Assembly: GCF_038025025.1 (NCBI RefSeq)
Contig: NW_027117348.1
Span: forward strand, 806,001-870,000
Length of the DNA stretch: 64,000 nt
From: Phyllosticta citribraziliensis
Lineage: Eukaryota
Reading direction: 5' to 3'
A model generated the notes under the pieces. That model ran no database searches, had not been told where the DNA came from, and was given only the letters and a program-made list of their open reading frames with translations. The translations under genes and the position numbers were made by a program. Positions 61,056 through 64,000 of this stretch are shown piece after piece; within the stretch, counting starts at the first letter, position 1; each line of letters opens with the position of its first letter.

Positions 61056-64000
61056 CTAGGTGCTAGAATACTTCTCTACTAAATACTAACTTAATATTTA
61101 ATAAGCCTAATAGTTAGAAAAACTTACTAAATACTATATATAATTTATATATAGGCTAGGAAAAGATAATATTATTACTAATACCCTTATATAAAAATAA
61201 GAAGAGCTATAAACCTAGAAGAATAAGAGTATTACTAGGTATATAATATAATTTATAGCTAAAGACTAGATTCTTAATCTAAATACCCTTAATATTACTT
61301 TTAGTAGCTTATTCCTAATCCTAGATAGAGTACTAGAAGTAAATAAAATATCTAGTATATTAGAAGAATAGTATATATAAGCTTATAAACCTAATAAGAA
61401 GGATTAGACCCTTTATAATAACTATCTCTTCTTTAAGAAGTACCTTATAGTTCCTAAATAAGAAACCTTATATATAGAGCTAGTAAATAAAATTTACTTA
61501 TTATTACTACTTATATATACTAGATAAAATAAAACTTAGGAAATAGTAAGGAGGTACTACTACTAGCTAGGTATTACCTAGTAAATTAATAATATTATAA
61601 AGGCCTACTATATATACTAAAGAAATATAAACTTCTATAATAAGAAACTAGGACTATACTAACCTCTCCTAATTCTAGACTAGGTATAGTAATATATTAC
61701 TATAGATTTTAAAGAGATATCTAAGGATAAATCTAGGTATAATACTATTCTAGTATTTATAAACTAGCTAAGTAAGTAAATCTTTAGCCTCCCCTACTAT
61801 AAGACTATTAATATTAAGGGTATTACCTAACTATACTATTAGTATATTTAGAGAATATATAGTATACCTAAATTAATAGTTTCTAACTAAGGACCCTAGT
61901 TTATTTTAGATTTCTAGAATAAGCTATATATAATTACTAGTATTAAATAGAAACTTACCTTAGCCTACTACTCCTAGACTAATAGTACTATTAAAATTAT
62001 AAACTAGGTTATTAATCTATATCTATAACTATATATTAGCTATTTCTAGGATAATTAGGTAGAAAGACTCCTAGTATTAGACTTTATATAAGTAATACTC
62101 CTATATAAATCTATAGATATATCCCCCTATAAGTTAATCTTTAGCTACTAGCCTAGCTTCCTATTTAATTAGGAGAAATATACTATATATCTAGAGCCTA
62201 TAAAGAAACTATCTTATATTACTATATAGAAGTTTACTAGATATATATAGGAAACTATATAGTAGGCTAAATAATAACTAGGTCTTACCTAGGAATAAAT
62301 AGTATAAGCTATAAACTAATTCTAATAGGAACTAGACTTTAAGGAAGGTAATAAGGTATATATCTCTATATAGGGTATAAGTACTAATAGGCCTAGTACT
62401 AAACTTAATATTTAGAATTAAGGACCCTACTATATCTATAAGAAAAAGGGATACTCTTATAAGCTAGAACTCCTAGTATATACTAGAGTTATAAACCTCT
62501 TCTATATACACTACTTATAGAAGGCTTATTCCCCTTTACTAGGCTAGGTTTCTATTCTTAAACCTTTAATTATCTACTAGAACTAAGAAGAGTATAAAGT
62601 TAACTTTATATATAATAGTAAGGTAGAATAAGGTACCCTAAAGTACTAAGTATAATAAAAAGAATATAATTAAGATAATATATAGTATAAGGCCTTAGAT
62701 ATAGTTAGTATCTCTAATTAAATTAAGAAGTACTATACTAAATTTCCTAAGATACTAGGACTACTAAAGTACTTATAAGACTAGAAAGATATAATAGTAT
62801 ATAAGCTAGATTATAAAGGTACTATAAAGAATAATAAGCCTACTCTCTAAGTAGCTAACTAAAACTAAACCCTCTAATACTACTAGAAAATATAGGATAC
62901 CCTCTAGAAAAACCTATTATATACTAAGAAAACAGATTATTAAGGCTCCCCCTCCTATAAACCCTCTACCTTAGACTAATAGATAAGGGCCTTAGCCTAA
63001 AGCTAATTACCTAGACTATATAGTAGTAGAGATATACCTTAATAATCTATAAAAGTATTATTACTAAAACTATCTACTAGGGAACTATAAGGGGTAATAG
63101 GACTATATATAATCTAGGTATAGATATAGGTATAGGGGGGTACTATAGGAATAGGTAATAGTAATAATAATAAGGATAAAGAGGATATCTTAAGACTAGA
63201 AACCTATAGTAGTATAGTAGTAAAAGAACTAGAAATAGATAAAGAAGCTATATATACTAGATTAAATAGACTAGTATTACTACTATTAGATTTATTAGAT
63301 AAAGAGGATATATTAGATAAAAAAGAAGGGCTAGACTTTCTAGATAAGAAAGAAGGACTTAGTTTATTAGAAGGGATATATTTACTAGGTATAGGTAAGG
63401 ATAAAGAAGAATAGGCTATTAAGAGAATTATAGAAACTATATAACTAAAAACTCTTATAGGTATATATAGAATTATTACCTTCTATTCTAGAAGGGTAGT
63501 ATTACTAGATAAAGAGGTAATAAAAGTAGGACTAGTAGAGATAGTAGAAATAGTAGAAGTAGAATTAATAAATAGAATATCTAGTATATAGATAGATAAA
63601 GGTATATTATTAAAAGGATTAATAGGGCTAGTCTTAGTCTCCTTAGAAGAAGAAGTATTAGTATCTAGTATAGGCTTATCCTTTAAAAATAGACTACTAA
63701 GACTAGTTATAAAGTTATCTAGATAATTAGGGACCTTATCTAAGGGATTATACTAGCTATTATAAATATAGTTATCTATATTATATATACTATAAGAGAA
63801 AGTACTATTATCCTACTTATAATTACTATAGTTACTACTAAAGAAACTAGGAATCTAGTAATAACTAATAAATAGATAATAGATACTATTAGATAGCTTA
63901 GTATATATATAGTACTTATAATTAGTACTCTATAGAATACTAATAAATTAGATAGCTATAATAGAGACCTAAGAATAATAATAATATAGGTTATCTATTA
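61056..64000 (+). mobile_element. Element A': RIP-degenerate chromovirus from the RNase H end through integrase and chromodomain, plus an antisense extra ORF; runs off the window
   Basis: ALEYFSTKRQLN.RQARW, YRPGKDN..ADAL, GLHQPLPIPDRVWQHITMDF (about 61650), VSDRGPQF, SAYHSQTDG, GPY, chromodomain EEYEVDFI..KYQV.W (about 62590); pol stop near 62850. It may be the 3' half of element A. Confidence 0.88.
62880..64000 (-). pseudogene. RIP-inactivated antisense ORF with a DUF3716-like Cys cluster and long Ser/Thr/Pro-rich tail (5' end beyond the window)
   Basis: De-RIPed AIQ..G......C..C...........PF..C.RIPGFFGGNCGNCKW......SCS at about 63955-63790. The same frame continues about 300 codons with only sparse RIP-type TAG/TAA stops. 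Confidence 0.7.

Larger units (their letters stand above)
36400..64000. other. AT-rich, RIP-saturated nested retrotransposon block (probable heterochromatin)
   Basis: Abrupt composition change; CA, TG and CG dinucleotides nearly absent and TA very abundant; the ORF track is empty. Retroelement motifs are recovered by reversing C>T and G>A. Confidence 0.97.

Noticed and set aside
36400..64000. AT-rich block as mitochondrial insertion, contaminant or alternative genetic code; also as a centromere
   Set aside because: Stops fall at codons expected from C>T/G>A changes and the LTR pairs show the transitions directly, so RIP explains it. Centromere identity cannot be judged from sequence alone.
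1..64000. tRNA, rRNA, CRISPR arrays, secondary-metabolite cluster or effector genes
   Set aside because: None recognised; the host genes are functionally unrelated housekeeping or regulatory genes, and no GC-rich gene island lies inside the RIP block.

Overview
Genomic DNA of a filamentous ascomycete (intron and branch-site style plus strong RIP; Dothideomycete-like is an inference) with two sharply separated compartments. Positions 1 to ~36400 are GC-rich and gene-dense: a Pho85-type cyclin, proteasome beta1 (PRE3), a Bem46-type hydrolase, PXR1, a small coiled-coil protein, an RRM+YTH protein, a SHPRH/Irc20-type SNF2-RING helicase, the arrestin palF/RIM8, a Ser/Thr/Pro-rich hypothetical protein, the molybdenum cofactor sulfurase hxB, a divergent RRM protein and SHR3. 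From ~36400 to 64000 the DNA is AT-rich and saturated by RIP (CpA, TpG and CpG nearly absent). It resolves by eye into nested Ty3/Gypsy relics: A (+, gag to early RT), B (-, chromovirus, 197-bp LTR), C (-, 596-bp LTRs), D (+, full-length chromovirus, 1.3-1.4 kb LTRs) and A' (+, RNase H to chromodomain). The most notable result comes from mentally reversing RIP. Two different chromoviruses each appear to carry an antisense cargo gene downstream of pol that encodes a cysteine-cluster DNA-binding-type protein. In D it is a spliced Zn2Cys6-like domain plus coiled coil (53290 to ~52150). In A' it is a DUF3716-like domain with a Ser/Thr/Pro-rich tail (>64000 to ~62880). All de-RIP translations are inferences, because a TAT/TAC codon can derive from Cys, His, Arg or Tyr codons.
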